Part shown: positions 48,001-63,824 of the stretch, in pieces
Layout: each line of letters starts with the position of its first letter
Position numbering within the stretch: the stretch's first letter is position 1
DNA from: Yuukianura sp. NJ FZ-2021
Taxonomy: Eukaryota
Reading direction: 5' to 3'
Assembly: GCA_046563655.1 (NCBI GenBank)
Contig: CM102286.1
Coordinates: 1,364,001-1,428,000 of the forward strand
DNA length: 64,000 bases
Made by a program: the position numbers and the translations under genes
Notes under the pieces: model-generated
The model's input: the letters and a program-made list of their open reading frames with translations, nothing else
The model's database searches: none
Told to the model about the DNA's origin: nothing

Positions 48001-51000
48001 AGAAATTCAAACCACCACGGAAAGACGCCCCTCACACTTTCACCGCAACTGGGATTCCACCCCAGAACTCCACCAAAACAACCCACCCTCTACTCCAACT
48101 CCCACCGAACGCTTTTAATTCAAAAGGCGGTCACCCCTTGACCCCAATTGACCTCTTACTCAATTAATTACTCACTCAAACACACTTTCACGCCCACTAC
48201 TTAATAAACTAAATTGTAAGTACAAGCGAAAGCAAAAGAGTGCAAGGAACTACGTTGACACAAATGACTCAATCGCCTGACTACAAAGAAAACGCCATGT
48301 CTGGAACGCCATTCAAATTTCCAAATTCATACAAAAGTGAAAGTTTCCTGGAAAATATGAAAAAAAAACAGAAAACCGGAAAGAGAAAGTTCTTGAACCC
48401 AGGAAGTTTTAGTCTCAGAAAAGCAAGGGAGAAAGGGCTTGTATGACAGGAATCTTGGCATTCCTTTCATCCTTTCACTTTTAGTCTATCAACCGAACAC
48501 ATCAGACAAGTTTCAAAAAGATAACAACAAAAACACACAAAACATTTCAAAAAGATTTCCTAAGCACTTCATAAAATTAAGCAGAACATTTCAAAAGTGA
48601 AGCTTTTCTGGACAATCTGAGAAAGGAAAAAAAATGCAGAAACGGAAATATCTCTTCTCCAATGACATCTACAGAGAAGCCACAATTTTGGGAACTCTCA
48701 AAGTGGTATGTATTTTTTCAGAGATCTAGATTTTAAGTTTTCGTTTTCAAAAATTTTGAAACAATAACCCTACTTTTTTTTAATTTTTAGGGCATAGGAA
48801 TAGTGAGTTTGGGCCTGTTAATTTTTTACATTCACATGTACGCAACCATAAACAATGCAAAAACAAGTGCTAAAATCATCAAGGTCTCAGAAAAGACAAA
48901 TGATGAACAAAGAGATCGAAATGCAGTGGCGAATTTCATAATTTGGGGATGTAAGGGAATGGAATTTGAAAATTTTGTAAAAATTTTCCGAGACTTTAAA
49001 TTTTTCGAAAAATCCGAAACGTTATTTTTGATTTCCAGCGGACAGAAGAGCACTGATGCTCGTTTTGCCATACTTGGATTGCATTGCGTTTAGTGGCGTA
49101 ATTCTAATCTGGGCTGCGTATCGGGTAAAAACAAAACTTTTGAAAAATTAAAAATTGAAAAATTGGGTTCGAAATGACTTTTTTTTTCAGCGAATGATTG
49201 AATTGTTTCAACTTTGGATAATTTTCGCCATTATCTTCGGCATGGCTGACATGATTCTCGTAATCCCATCAATAGTTTACGCCAACGACAAAATTTTGAT
49301 TCTCGGGAGCTACGCTTTCAGTTGTGCCAGAAAATTCTACGCAATTTGGATCGTCAAGCAAATCTTGGTGGGACTCAGAGCAGAAGTAGAAGCACAAATC
49401 GACTCTGACTACGAAACTTCCAGTTTCAAAAGATATTAAACAGGGCCGGCAAAATTTAAAATAAAAACTCACAACTTGTAAAAGCTGTGCAAAGAAAATG
49501 CTCTACTCATCAGTTCGTTAACTTAACTTCGTAACATAGTTTTTTTTGTATCGATACTTGGCAGTATCAGCATAGAAAAGCATAAAGCTAGAAAATACTT
49601 GACAGTTTTTCTTACCGTAGAGCAGAGACCACAGTCAATTGATCTGACGACGACGCCCGCTGGAAGGTCAACGGCCCTCGGTTGTTTTACTTTCACATTA
49701 GGCAGCCCGTGACCCACTTGACCTAAATTAAAAAAAATGTTTTAAAAACTAACATTGTCAACAACTTTTTTCAAATACCAAGCAACCACAGTGGGCTTAC
49801 CAAAATGGGCACACCCAAACGTCAACGCTTTTCCATTGGCAGTAAGCAAGGCAGTATGAGAGTGTCCAGCAGCAGCCATCACAATTTTGTCCTAAAAATT
49901 CAAATCGAGAAACACTTAAAATTTCAATTTGTGTATTTAAAACTTAAATTGAAAGTAGCATTGCTATTAAAATTTACCTGAACTCGTATCCTTGTAGGGT
50001 AAAACACGTTTTCAATTTGGTTGTCTCCCAACTGACCGTAAATTCCCCAGCCCCAAGTCCAAGGACGATTCAAGTGATCAACTGCAACTGAATGGTAACC
50101 ACCAGCAGCCACACAGATGAACGTCACCGTTGGCACAAACGGAAACACCGCAGTTTCAGCCAGCACACACTGTCGTCCCACTCCCAACTGACCTACAAAA
50201 TTCAAAAATTCAACACTTCAAAAACTGAAGCCCAACGCAAACAAATGTTTTTAAAAATTTGATTGGTCGTACCGTATTTGTTACTTCCAAAAGTCAGTAT
50301 GGTCTAAAACACAGCAGAAAAGAAATCATAACAAAAAATTCTTTACAACAAAATCAAAATTTCGGATTTTTTTTCAACACACCCCTCCTGTAGTAAGAGC
50401 CACCGTATGTGTTTGTCCGCAAGACACAGACGCAATGACCAGTTTCAACGTTGGAGATAGGCTCACAGGGATCGGAATTTCAATTGGCCCAGCGAATTTT
50501 TCACGATTAACTTTCAAACCTGTGTGAAAATGACACTGTGAAGGTTCTAAAATTTTGAAATTTCGAAATTATGAATGTTTTTTTCTTACCTAACCGTCCC
50601 ATTCTATTCTCTCCCCAGCTATATAATCGACCATTACGTATACAAACGCAATGCGAAGCTGAAGCTGAAAACGTTCTATTGGACGTCGGTGTAATCACAG
50701 CATGTTCACCAGAACCGTCTGAAAGTTTTCGTTTGAGTTTCCTTGTTTCCCATTGGTAGAAAAGTGGAGCGAAATTACAAGGTTCTGGTTGTTCTAAAAA
50801 AAAACATAATTTTCAAAAAACTTCAAAAACCGAAACATTTATTATAAAAACTACCGAAAATCTTCGACTTACTTCGATTTATGGCTTCCAACATGACATT
50901 TATGAATAGATTCAAGTAATCCTCATTCGTAATCTTCTTCGTTCCGTGCGTTTGTGTAAAGTCGATACTTTCCGTTACATCCGACACATCACAAAAGTAT

Positions 51001-54000
51001 TTCCTTAGAAGTTCTCTTCGCCAAGGCATTAGACTTTTGCATAAACGACAAATCGTTTCGTACTCCAAGGTTTCTATCACCGCCAGCAGAAGTTCTCTGA
51101 ACCAGCAGAAAACAGGCGGACTTGCTCCATAAATTGCTTTCCAATCAGCTACTAACAGCGACCAAAAGGCTAAAAATCAATTAAAAAAAATTAAACACAA
51201 CAAAAATTTTTAAATTTAAAAACACAACTCACGTGGTTTGAAATCCTTAACGCTATTGAAATTATCTTGATGCAAGTAGAGTCCTTGAAAAATATCAGCG
51301 TAGCACAACCGTGTTTCACAGAGGCTTTTGGCAGCCCAGAGCATTTGAGGATACGATAGCGAATTTGCAGCCATTTCCGAAGAGTAAAACTCATTTCGTT
51401 GTATAAATTGCCTGTAAAAGTTACGTTTCAAAAAATTTTGTGTGTAACTTTAAAAAAAAAAACAAAAATTCAAAATATACAAGTTTTTGAAAGTTACAAA
51501 ACGATTCCGTACAGCAGGAGTGTTTTGGGGTCTTTCGCAGGATCGGCCTTCGTACCATGACGCAAGTACTGTTCAATTCGACCTTGCATGATGAGGTCAG
51601 CCATCATGTTCTTTTCAGCCAAACTTCCACTAAACTTTGTTTTTTCGTTGTCAATAAGATCATAGAAGCACAACATCGCAGGAATCATTCTCCTCGATCC
51701 AAACTTGGCCACAATTTTTGAATAAGTCATCTAAACCAGGAAATCACCAAGTATAATAATTCAAATACTTAAGGTCCTGTTAGCTCGGCAACGAAGAGGT
51801 CTGATAACTACTGAAAATTGACCATTTTCTAAAATCAGTTAAAAATCGTAGGGTCAACGCAGAACGTTAAGTAAGGTATCAAAATTTGCGGAAAAGCATG
51901 GCGGGGTTTTCAACGGTGTCGGATTTGAAATATCTTAACACACTTAAAAGTTATAACCGATATTAGAAAAGTAGTCGCGAATAATCGTTGTTTTTTAGTT
52001 TTCAACGTGAGAATTTCTAAATTTTTTTACCGTTGAAAACCCCGCAATCGTATTTCACAAATTTTGATACCATAAATCGTTTTTCTATGTCCACCCTAGC
52101 GTGCTCTGGCACTCATTTTACAAACTGACCAAAAATTCTCGAAGTTTGACTGCAAATCGACGCAAATCACCAAGACATCGGCAATTGTTTATATGTTTGT
52201 ACGAAAGATACAACGAATCCCCACGGGTGGATTTGAGTGAAAACGAACAAATATGCCGACTTCTGGTGTCAAACAAAAACCAATTTTGCAGTTGTTAACG
52301 GAAACGATTGGTGTAAATTAGTCAACAATAAGCCGTCCTTAACGTCAAAATTCCTATGTTAAAAGCTTACGCCAGCGACTTTGTAGTAGAGAATTGTCTT
52401 AGCAAACTTCCCTTCTTCAGCACTTTTATCACCAGCAAGAATATAAACTTCATTCTTCGGCACGTTTAGAGCTGTACAAAATACATCAAACAAAGTGCTT
52501 GCACTTTCGCCAACCAGCAGATCTGCACATGTTTCCTTTGGAGGCTTCCTAACAGACAGTAAGAAAAAAAAACTTTGAAACTTCGAAAATGAATCTCCAT
52601 AATTAATCGGATCCGGAAAAGTAACTTTTTTTTTTGTCATCGATGTTTTTTTCCGTTCTTTTCACTTTTTATGATGTTCCAAGTCATTTTTCAAATCGTT
52701 TCCAAAAAAAAACAACTTGTTGTTGTAGTTTGTGTGAAAACTTACTTTAGTGCAAGAACATAAACTCCGGAAGTAGAAATGAGAAAAACGGAAAGTTGCT
52801 CGACGTTGCCCAATTCACCGGCTGGTTCAACAGCCAGAACTTTAGAAGTAAACGGAATTATGGCAAACTCCTTCAACTGAAACCAATTACAAAATATTAC
52901 AAATCAATTTAACATCACAATGATTACTTGCTAGAAAAAAAACTGTTCACCTTACCATTTGATTGTGAATAACAGAAAGTCGAATGCAGTTGCTTTCTGG
53001 GTCAACTCCATAAAAAACTTTCTGGATCACGAAAAGTTTGGAAATGTTCTCTGGAAGGCTCATTGACGCAATTTGACGAAAATCGGCTTCAAAAATCTGA
53101 AATCAATAAACAGTTCAGAATTTCTGTCCTAAAGAGAAAGAAAATCACTCGGACTCACATCTAGCTTTGTTCCAATGTGACGGAAAAACTGGTTCCTTCC
53201 ACAAATTTTCATCATTGTTCCACGAGAACTCAACTCTTCAACTGTTGTGAACTTGATATTAGTAGATGATGACTTTGAAACAGGCACTGTATTTGTGCTG
53301 GCGGACTTAGAAGATGGTACCATCGTCGTCAAACTTTCGGTACTTGCTACTGCAATTTCCAGAGTACTTCCTAAATCTCTGCTTGTTCTTCGTCCAAAAA
53401 TCAATCCTTTGTCAGAGTCTCCAAATCGCGAAATAATGTTTTCCTTGGCTCTTCTAAAAATTGACTTTTTCACAACCGACTCCTCCTGTGCTGGAACGTC
53501 CAGATCGTCCAGCACTGTCGTAACATTTTGATTATTTTGAAGGCATACCTGAAATCCAGATTTCCGATTCAACTCAACTGTAAAAAACTCAAAAAAAGTG
53601 AGTGAGAATGAAAACTGATGCTTACCAATACAGAACTTAGACCGGCGTTGTTAATGAAAAGATGCATAGTAGTAATTGGAGCGTTGAAGGTGACAAGAAC
53701 GGGTAAAGAGTTGCTGTAGATAAATATGAACTTCCCTCCTCCTCCATTGCACATGACAATCTTCGTGGTTTCACGAAACCATATGAGTATATCAATTATC
53801 TAAAAAAAATCACAAAACGATAAAAAATCGTAAAATTGAAAATTTCTGCCTAGAATCGGTACCTTGCATTCATCCAAGTGAAATGTTTGTCGCAGGTCTG
53901 ACTCATTCTCTGAGTGCTTATTTCCAGCGGATACTATTACATTGATATTTAGTTCGTAAAGCGTTCCGTTGTCAGCTATGAATCAAAGGCAATCGTATTA

Positions 54001-54469
54001 TGGAATCATAATTGATACCAATTGAGTAGAATACAACTTGACTAACTTCCAATATAAAGTAATCCTTCTTCATCAAAAGACAGAGCAGTTATCTTTTTTG
54101 AAAGATCTTCAAACCATGGAACACGTTTGAGTTTCCAAATGTTGTCGGATGTTGTTGAAGATGTCTCAGGTTCGTCGACGTGTTGACAGCACCCAGTACC
54201 CGAAAGTAGTAATAAATCTCCTAACCTGAAACGTTGAACATTAACGACCATTGACAATATCAACGATAATGAATGTCTTACTCCTTCAAAGTGAAAGCGA
54301 AGTAATTCAAACGTCCTACAGAGTACTTGGTTTGAAGGTCCAACTCCGAAAGCCTGCTGAGGCCGAACTTTTGTGCCAAGTTGAATATATCACCCACTTT
54401 ATCATCTTGAACAGACCGAACGTTAAGTCCGTCATCGTCGTCACTAGTAGTTGTAGTCGTAGAGCTCAT
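39009..54469 (-). CDS. Large RCC1-repeat protein, probably a claret/GLO-4-like Rab GEF
   Basis: About 20 exons. RCC1 blades: LYSWGENRMGRL, SVSCGQTHTVAL, FGSNKYGQLG, VAAGGYHSV..WTWGWGIYGQLG, AAAGHSHTALL, VYSWG..KNGQL, FGYGFNSAGQ. The long non-RCC1 N-terminus and C-terminal extension fit claret-type architecture; orthology is inferred. Confidence 0.75.
40581..40733. mobile_element. Mutator-like MITE in an intron
   Basis: TIR GGTAGCATGCCATTTCGTCGAATTAATTAC / GTAATTCATTCGACGAAATGGCATGGAACC; imperfect 9-bp flanks AAAACCGAA / AAAACTCAA. Confidence 0.75.
41923..43048 (+). CDS. Nested four-TM protein 1 (LAPTM/DUF4728-like)
   Basis: Four exons: MFTKRFCCSNNP..., LLFFGAQQ, AIKIWLIL, YEAYSIWIVKC; Pro/Ser-rich tail. 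Confidence 0.8.
42489..42560 (+). mobile_element. tRNA-derived SINE or pseudo-tRNA in an intron
   Basis: A-box TAGCTCAATGG and B-box GGTTCGAGTCC with an intact T-stem; acceptor and anticodon stems are mismatched. Confidence 0.65.
43928..44862 (+). CDS. Nested four-TM protein 2
   Basis: Four exons: MTNMKIQYCGAD...ILDM, IFLLVSTLK, ALRIWFIL, YRIYVLWVVRSY; acidic tail. Confidence 0.8.
44519..44597 (+). repeat. About 21-bp tandem repeat (TTTACACTAAAACACTAAAT), ~4 copies, in an intron
   Basis: Directly visible. Confidence 0.8.
45360..46217 (+). CDS. Nested four-TM protein 3
   Basis: Four exons: MTETRKYCCSNR...VDL, ALLLVASIS, LLKIWIIF, FQIYTIWIIREY. Confidence 0.78.
46977..48118 (+). CDS. Nested four-TM protein 4 with an expanded Ser/Thr-rich loop
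   Basis: Four exons: MVYTNRPITKFCCSD, a long exon 2 with NSS/NGS/NDT/NCT sequons, LLKLWYTL, YNCYSLWIVSLF. Confidence 0.78.
48634..49439 (+). CDS. Nested four-TM protein 5
   Basis: Four exons: MQKRKYLFSND...LKV, ILIWAAYR, LFQLWIIF, RKFYAIWIVKQ. Confidence 0.78.
51769..52342. mobile_element. Possible Kolobok-like non-autonomous element in an intron
   Basis: TTAA|GG ... CC|TTAA ends with weak TIRs; internal inverted repeats GCGGGGTTTTCAACGGT / ACCGTTGAAAACCCCGC and GGTATCAAAATTTG / CAAATTTTGATACC. Confidence 0.45.
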
Positions 54470-55145
54470 TTTGACTTAATCGCCTGTAAAACGTTAAAAC
54501 TTATTAGGTTACACCCCAAAACATTTCAGTAGGGAAATAGACAAATTTCAACAAACTGATCAAAGTGCGTTAAATTCAACAAAAGATTTTACCTGATTTC
54601 CCTGGATTGTGAATTTGAGAATTTGACGTAAGCAGTTAATATTTAATTACTAACTCACCAACAGTAGTTACAAAATCAATTATACTAATCACTTCCGGTG
54701 AACACTGCAAAATAAACCATACCTACTGGTCACTCAAATACGATGGTCCGAGAGTAGCCAGTGCTATGGAATTCCTCCGTTCTTGTCCAGTGTCAATCGA
54801 TTCCATTTGTCACCAAACGAAGAAGTTGATAAGGACGAAAACTCATTCCAGTGTCCCAGCTGACACTATTATTCAATGGCATGTTACTCAAAAACTCACA
54901 TTTTTGAAGTTTAGTCACCCGCGCTTCACACATGGGCAAATCAAGAAACACATTCAGAGTGCATAACCTACGTTTTATTTACGTTTCATTGCGATTTTAT
55001 ATTTAAATTCGCACACACTTAATTATGGAATTAACTAAATTCAATTAGAAATGAAACCTAATGTGATTCACAACAATATCATTTTTATTTGGCATAAAAA
55101 TTTTGAGAGTGCCCAACTATGAAATGGCATCTTTTGTTTATATTT

Positions 55146-55245
55146 NNNNNNNNNNNNNNNNNNNNNNNNNNNNNNNNNNNNNNNNNNNNNNNNNNNNNNN
55201 NNNNNNNNNNNNNNNNNNNNNNNNNNNNNNNNNNNNNNNNNNNNN
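55146..55245. other. Assembly gap (100 N)
   Basis: Run of N; true size and adjacency across the gap are unknown. Confidence 1.
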
Positions 55246-56287
55246 GTTTATATTTGAATAAAAATACAATTTTCGCGCCCATACATTTTAATACACACGA
55301 AAGTCGCATAGATGGCACCAACGAAGTAAAAAATCATTTACGGCCCGTTTTTTTTTTTCAAATCGATACTTTCAACATTCCGCAGGTCAGGTCAAAGGTC
55401 ACAGTGTCCTAACTTGTGTGACTTTTTTACATCATGGCTGGTATTTCTTTCGCGTTTTTGTTTATAAATTATAGCATCTCCATCTTGTAATTTCATCTTG
55501 AGGCTGCTGCTGTTTTTACCAGGGGTGGACGGACAGTCTGCCGTACGACCGAATCTATTTTTAGTCGATTAATAAATCATTTAATCGATTGTTAATTATT
55601 AACAGTCGGATCCACTCAAGGTGATTCTTTTGCGTTGATTTATCGTAAAACACAGACATTTGTTGGTTGATTTGAATGTTCGTGTGCGAATGTTTTCAGT
55701 GTACCGCACTACTCCGGGTGCGGTTCGTTCCTTGGAAAAGCAAGAAATGGCGGGTGGTTTTAAATTTATTAGTGAAACGGCTCCATCAACAACGTAAAAC
55801 TTGAACATAGGTCGGGCATATAGTGTAAATAAAGTGTTTTAGGAAATGGGTAGGACTCTGGGTACATATGCATATTATACGATAATATTTAGGTAGTAGC
55901 ATAACTTGAATATTAAATATGAGTAACGTAAAAAAATCCTCCAACCTCCACTATTACTGTTTACGTTTTTATATAAATTCCATATATGCAGCTTAGATTC
56001 AACTAGTATCGCTACAGGAAATCCGGAAAGTAGCCCTTAGGTGAGGAAGGGAAGGAAAATTGCTAAAAAAACGAAAATTCGTACCCTGAAGTCTTCAAAA
56101 ATTGTACATCTCTCTAGTTTAAACAAGTATACAAGTATGTATAACATTAATTCGACCCATCATGTAGCATGCTTACCCTCCGCTCGATTCCCGAATCCCG
56201 ACTGACCCACTAATTAAACCATTCTGAGTAAATATTTATAAAACAACTTAACATTATTAACCATATTAGTATTCTGTTCTCCACTGT

Positions 56288-59200
56288 TTATCTCCGTGAG
56301 CTCAACAGAATGTTGACCGTTTCACAGAATTGACCTGTCCGATTGTACACGTCTACTCCACGGACAATAAAGTGGTAGCGATACTCGTCGGTGAACTAAA
56401 GATAAAAAACGTAACATTAGAACAAGATAAGATTGGATAATATGGCGATAAGGTACTTACTACCTGAGATAATGTACATGCCATGGGCAGAGGCAGTGCT
56501 TTGACATCACCGACGCGTTTCCACTGTGGAGTGGGTGCGGGCTTTCCCGCTCCGGCAATCGGTTCTTGACAGGCAAATATTTGATAGCTTTGAATTTCAG
56601 CGTAAATGGCGCTGGAAATGTGAGTCCAAGAGAGTACAATGCCGCCCCCTTGCTCTTGAAGGGTAAGGACGGGACGTGGTGGTGGATCCTTGGGTTTCCG
56701 TGGCTGTGGCGACATTGGTGGCAGTTCTGGCTGAAATGTCCATTCCACGCAAAAAACAGTTAGCCAAACGAAAAAACATTTTTTTTGTCGAAAATTAAGA
56801 CATAATATTGAGGTTGCGTTATAAACCATTTATAGGATTTATAGAAAGTATAGGTCACTTTTCAATTTTTTTCTGGTTTATAAACGCACTATAATTCCTA
56901 TAAATGAGAAACGCTTTAAAAGTGACGTCACGGAATTGAAATCGACCAATCACAGGAGCCGTAACAAAAGGAGGGAGTTGCTAAATATATTTTATATAAA
57001 TTCTAAATGATAAACGCAAACTCCCTAATAATTAATTATAATAAAAATAATAAATTATAAATTAATAAATTACCAGAATGAAGAGTGGAAGTGATGCAAT
57101 CGATCCTTGTCTCTGAGATCCTTGAGTTCTAGCCACAACGGCTGGATTAGCTACTTGGGTTCTGGTGGGTCCAAGCGGCCGCGTACTGTGGGGTGCGGGA
57201 TTATTTGGACGTACTTGCCCCCCAATTCGATTTGCCCCCATTGAAGGTGGCAAAACAAGTATGGGTTGTTGTTGACCAGAATTAGGATTTGGTGTCTGTT
57301 TCTGTTGAACCATTAAGCGGCGTGAAGTTGGTTGACCCGATGCCGATGTCGTTGGAACCAAGTGATACGATGCTCCTGTATTTGATGTCAACTGCATTCC
57401 GGCTTGTAAAGTGCTAGGGTTGACCACTCTGTATTGAACTCCGTTCTGGTGCACAATAACTGAAACGAACAAAAAACGTACCCGGACCGGATGTAAGTCG
57501 GTTGCACTGAATATCATACGATTCCTGCGAGTGGATTCAGACGAACCTTCGAGTTTCACTTACCGTTTTGGTGGTTCGTCGATGCCAAGTCGATTAACGG
57601 TTTCGGAACGGAATTAAGTTGTGATACACCACCAGTCCCGTTTAGAACAATAGTGGCTTCACCAGTATGTACATTGTGATTAACGTAGTTATTGGCCTCT
57701 GCTGCAGCTCGGACGACTGATGCCGGCCCTGCACGTCTTGCAACTTTCGGTGGAACGTCCGTTTGAACTTGGTTTCTGCCGACGCCATCAACACTCTGCC
57801 GTTTTGTTCCGTTTGGTGTAAGTTGGGGTGGTGAACTGGTGTTGTTAACTGCTGTAGGTATGACTCCATTTTTAGTTGCTGGAATTCCAGGTTTCGTTCC
57901 ATTTGAAGGAGAGAGTGCTGGAGCATTCAGAATTCTTGAATTGCACAGTGGAGGATTCTTGTTGATTCTAGGCAATGGGTCGGTACGGCACTGAATTCCA
58001 ACTGTACGTTGGAATTTGAGTGGTGAGGGATTGCATGCCATAAGTGGGGTACTTTTAGGATGTCTAGTCAACTGATCCGAGACAGTGGCCATAGCTTTGG
58101 CTGAGTCGATCAACTGTAATCAGAAATAAATACCCGGTAATCCTAAGCTAAACTCAATGAGCACACCAGTTCCCTATGCTATGCAGGTATGCTAAAAAAA
58201 TCGATTGCGGAAGTCTAACATAATCAGGTAATCAAAGTGTTACAACTTCGATGTGTTAACTGCTTTAACATTGTCACTGCTTTAGCTCCGACATGTGGTT
58301 CATTTCTCCTCATTGTTACCAAAAATTTGGTTAATTTTGCAGTAATCGTTTGTTTCTCTGATTGGGTCATGAGTAGAATTTTCATGACACTCTCTGTACT
58401 TTTTAAAAGTTCGGAGTATTATGTGGGGGGAAAGATGGTGTGAGTTCAGCTTTAGATTTCATATAACCTGTATCTGCTGCACAAGGATCACGTTGCCATG
58501 CAGCCACACGTTAGTAACTTTTCTTTTCTCTATAGAACTTTGTTTTGGGCATGGGGGAGCTTATTCACCAAAAACTGGTTGGAGAACGTTACGGCCCTGA
58601 AACTGTAAAAATTGAAGAGATCTGCCGTTAGGAGTACCGAGTCATTACTTGAAACGGGGCACTACTTTAACTGCATTTAGTAAAATATTTACACCGAATT
58701 ATAGCGATGTAAGGGGGGATTGGTGTAGAGTAATGCTAGCAATATGTTCGACTAGCTAAAATAAAAATAAAAAGGTCACTCACCTGTCCCTGTAAGCACT
58801 GGGCTTTAAAGGTCACACGGTCCTTATACAACAGAAAGCTCGTGACCTTTGCCTCGAACTTTTTAAGCGATGCTTCAATTTCAAGATTCTCTTCAATTTT
58901 TGCATACAGCATATCCTCAAGGACGTCTCTGGGTAGATTAGCAATCGCAATTTTGATTTTTTCTAGAACATCAGCTGATTGCTGCAAGGACAGAGACTTG
59001 AGTAATCCTTTGAGACTTTTGGCTGGTGTCTTCTCAATGTTTTCCTTTGAATATTCTTCTTCATCATCTGACAAATCAATTACAATCGGCCCATCCTTCC
59101 CCTTCTCCGATGAAACTTCGCGCGGTTTTTCGTCAGGGCCGTCCGCCATTTTGGTGTCGCCAGACTCCACTTTGGTCTGGTCACTCGGTACATCTTCAGT

Positions 59201-59416
59201 ACCGGATTCTGTAACTTTAGATGTAACTTCTACAGTAGCCGTACCTATCTCAACCTCCATGGCTGACACTGTAGTTTCGTCTTTTCCCGCTTCGACGTCC
59301 ATCAGTAGTTGGCCCATTGTGCCTTCCACTGCTTCGTGGATGTCTCGACTATTTGAATCGTCTGCGCATGCCCCGTGCCCAATGTCTTGACTGTCTTCAG
59401 TACCGTCACCTTCCAT
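56288..59416 (-). CDS. ATF7IP: ATF7IP/MCAF1 (windei) SETDB1 cofactor
   Basis: Acidic N-terminus with a SIM-like IVIDLSDDEEE, coiled-coil region, R.VGIQC motif, and C-terminal FN3 GIVLSW...SYQIFA.QE...[21 protein letters not shown]...YHFIVR..D; 5 exons; TAA at 56290-56288. Confidence 0.92.
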
Positions 59417-61481
59417 AACGGAGAATGACCACAATATAACGTAATAACAGCGTAGGTCGGTCGAACTTTGAAAACTGAGGTTCCTGGTCGGTCACCACCT
59501 ACTTCACAACTGACGTAGATAGTTATGTAGGGGTTTCATGTGCGCGCGCACACGTCTACCCTGCCTCTTGCGGCGTAAACTTCCTCAAAGAGAAAGGGAA
59601 GAGAGTTTTACTGTACTACTGACAGCGAGGTTCGAACTTACGTCCCTCTCCCTCTCTGCTGGGTGTGTGGGGTTCAATCTCCTCATGGTCTGCTTTTGTC
59701 TCTCCACCTCTCTTGTCCAACAAGAGGGGCAGGGACCAACCGTCTGCGCAGAAAGTTTCTACGCATCTCACGTTTTCAGTAATACCAGGTTGACCCAGTG
59801 ACCTTGAACCCCTCCCACAGGTCATGTCGCCTTTCAAACGTTCACTTTTCCCCAAAAATCGATTTTCCAGAACAATCGATTTTTAACATTCAAGGTCGTC
59901 GGGTCAAAGGTCATCTACAACAAAAAACACCAAGAAGTCCGTCGGATTGCATAGGGAAATTTTCCCGCGCTAGGAAAGCGAAGTTTAATTTGAAGCGTAA
60001 ATTCAGTCCCGGCCAACTGCTCTATTTCATCGCACTGAAATTCTTTAATTTTATGACGTTAGTACATGGGGTAAGGTGCAAAAAAAGTAAATTAAAATTA
60101 CGCATTTTTTCCAATGATAAAAAATTATACTTATCATATTCATAAACATAATACTAGGTACCAGCAAATATTTTCAGATAGAAAATAGCATTGAACAGAA
60201 TGGCAGATTAAATTTTCAACTGCTGAAAGTCTCAGAGAGTAAATTCAAAAGGAAGATAGCAGACAGAAAGTGTTATTTCCAAAATACATAGAGTAGGGAA
60301 GGGAGAGGGAGAAAGAGGGAGGGGGTGGGGACAAATGGGGGCGGTGGGGTCGTGTCTTCCACTCAAACTCACTCAGCAACAAAAAAAAATACTTTGGCAC
60401 AAATTTTTGTGTTGGAGGTGCTGCCTCCTGGTGGTCGAAACCGCCAAAACTCAAACTCTGCTGATCGATCGACGTGGTAAGCTCACGCGAAAAAGCAGAG
60501 TAACGCTCACCCTATGTTATATTATGCAGCTATTCATAAGCGCTAAAAATAGCGTCATTGTTGCAATAGTTGCCAGTTAGCGCAAAGTGCATAACCGCAA
60601 CTCAACGTCTCATTAATGAATTTTCACGCGCGTGAAAATTTCACGTTAACGAATTGCCAAAAATTAAAGAACCAACGATATTTCCCATTTAGCGCCAATA
60701 TTTCCCATTTTGAAAAAGAATTATAATAATTTGGTCACTTTTCGTCAATTTTAAGTTAGAATTTTTTTTTGTAAATTTTATTTGATAAGCCTAGTCCAAT
60801 GCTAAAGCAAGAAACTGAGTTGACAATAGTAAATAGTGAGGTGTATTACAAGTCGTCTGTTTAGCCTTACTTCCTCGAAGCTATGTTGTTAATTAATTAA
60901 TCAATTAATGCCTGCGTCAGCTACCCTTAAATATTTCAATTTAGCGTAAAGTTGATGACCTAAAATTGCATGCAATTCCTGATTTGGCTTTTAGGTGGGA
61001 TTTTTATTCTCATATAAATTGACCACCACTTTTGCTCTTTTTAATAAACATTTTGTTAAATAATATAAAAAAAACATCCAAAAAATCTTTTCACAGACGT
61101 TTCTCTGCTTTAAAAAGCAGTTTGTGCGCCTTTTCACTCGTTTCATCTCCTAGCATTTGCCTTTTGTAGTAAAAGTGTTTGGTGCACATGAAGCTGCTTT
61201 GTGGTTTCACTTTGGAGCACGTTGAGAAAAAATTCGTGCAGAGTTGATGGTGCCGGGGCGTTTCGGGACGGGACGGCGCGAAACCGTACAAAATGCTGAG
61301 TGCAAGGTGAAAGGTCACCGCATTTGTAAAAAGAAGCAAATGACGTTATTTGTCTGTACAATCAACATTAGAAAAAAGTACAAAGACATCTACTACTGTT
61401 AACTGTTGTTGTGGGGTCGGTCGGTCGTTAAGGCCTAAGGGCATTCATGAAACTAACTACAAAGTATTTCCTATAAAATCA

Positions 61482-63824
<2,343 letters not shown>

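Noticed and set aside
55085..55412. ORFs spanning the N run
   Set aside because: Artefacts of the assembly gap.
58842..59390. 182-aa Ser-rich ORF on the + strand
   Set aside because: Antisense shadow of ATF7IP exon 1.
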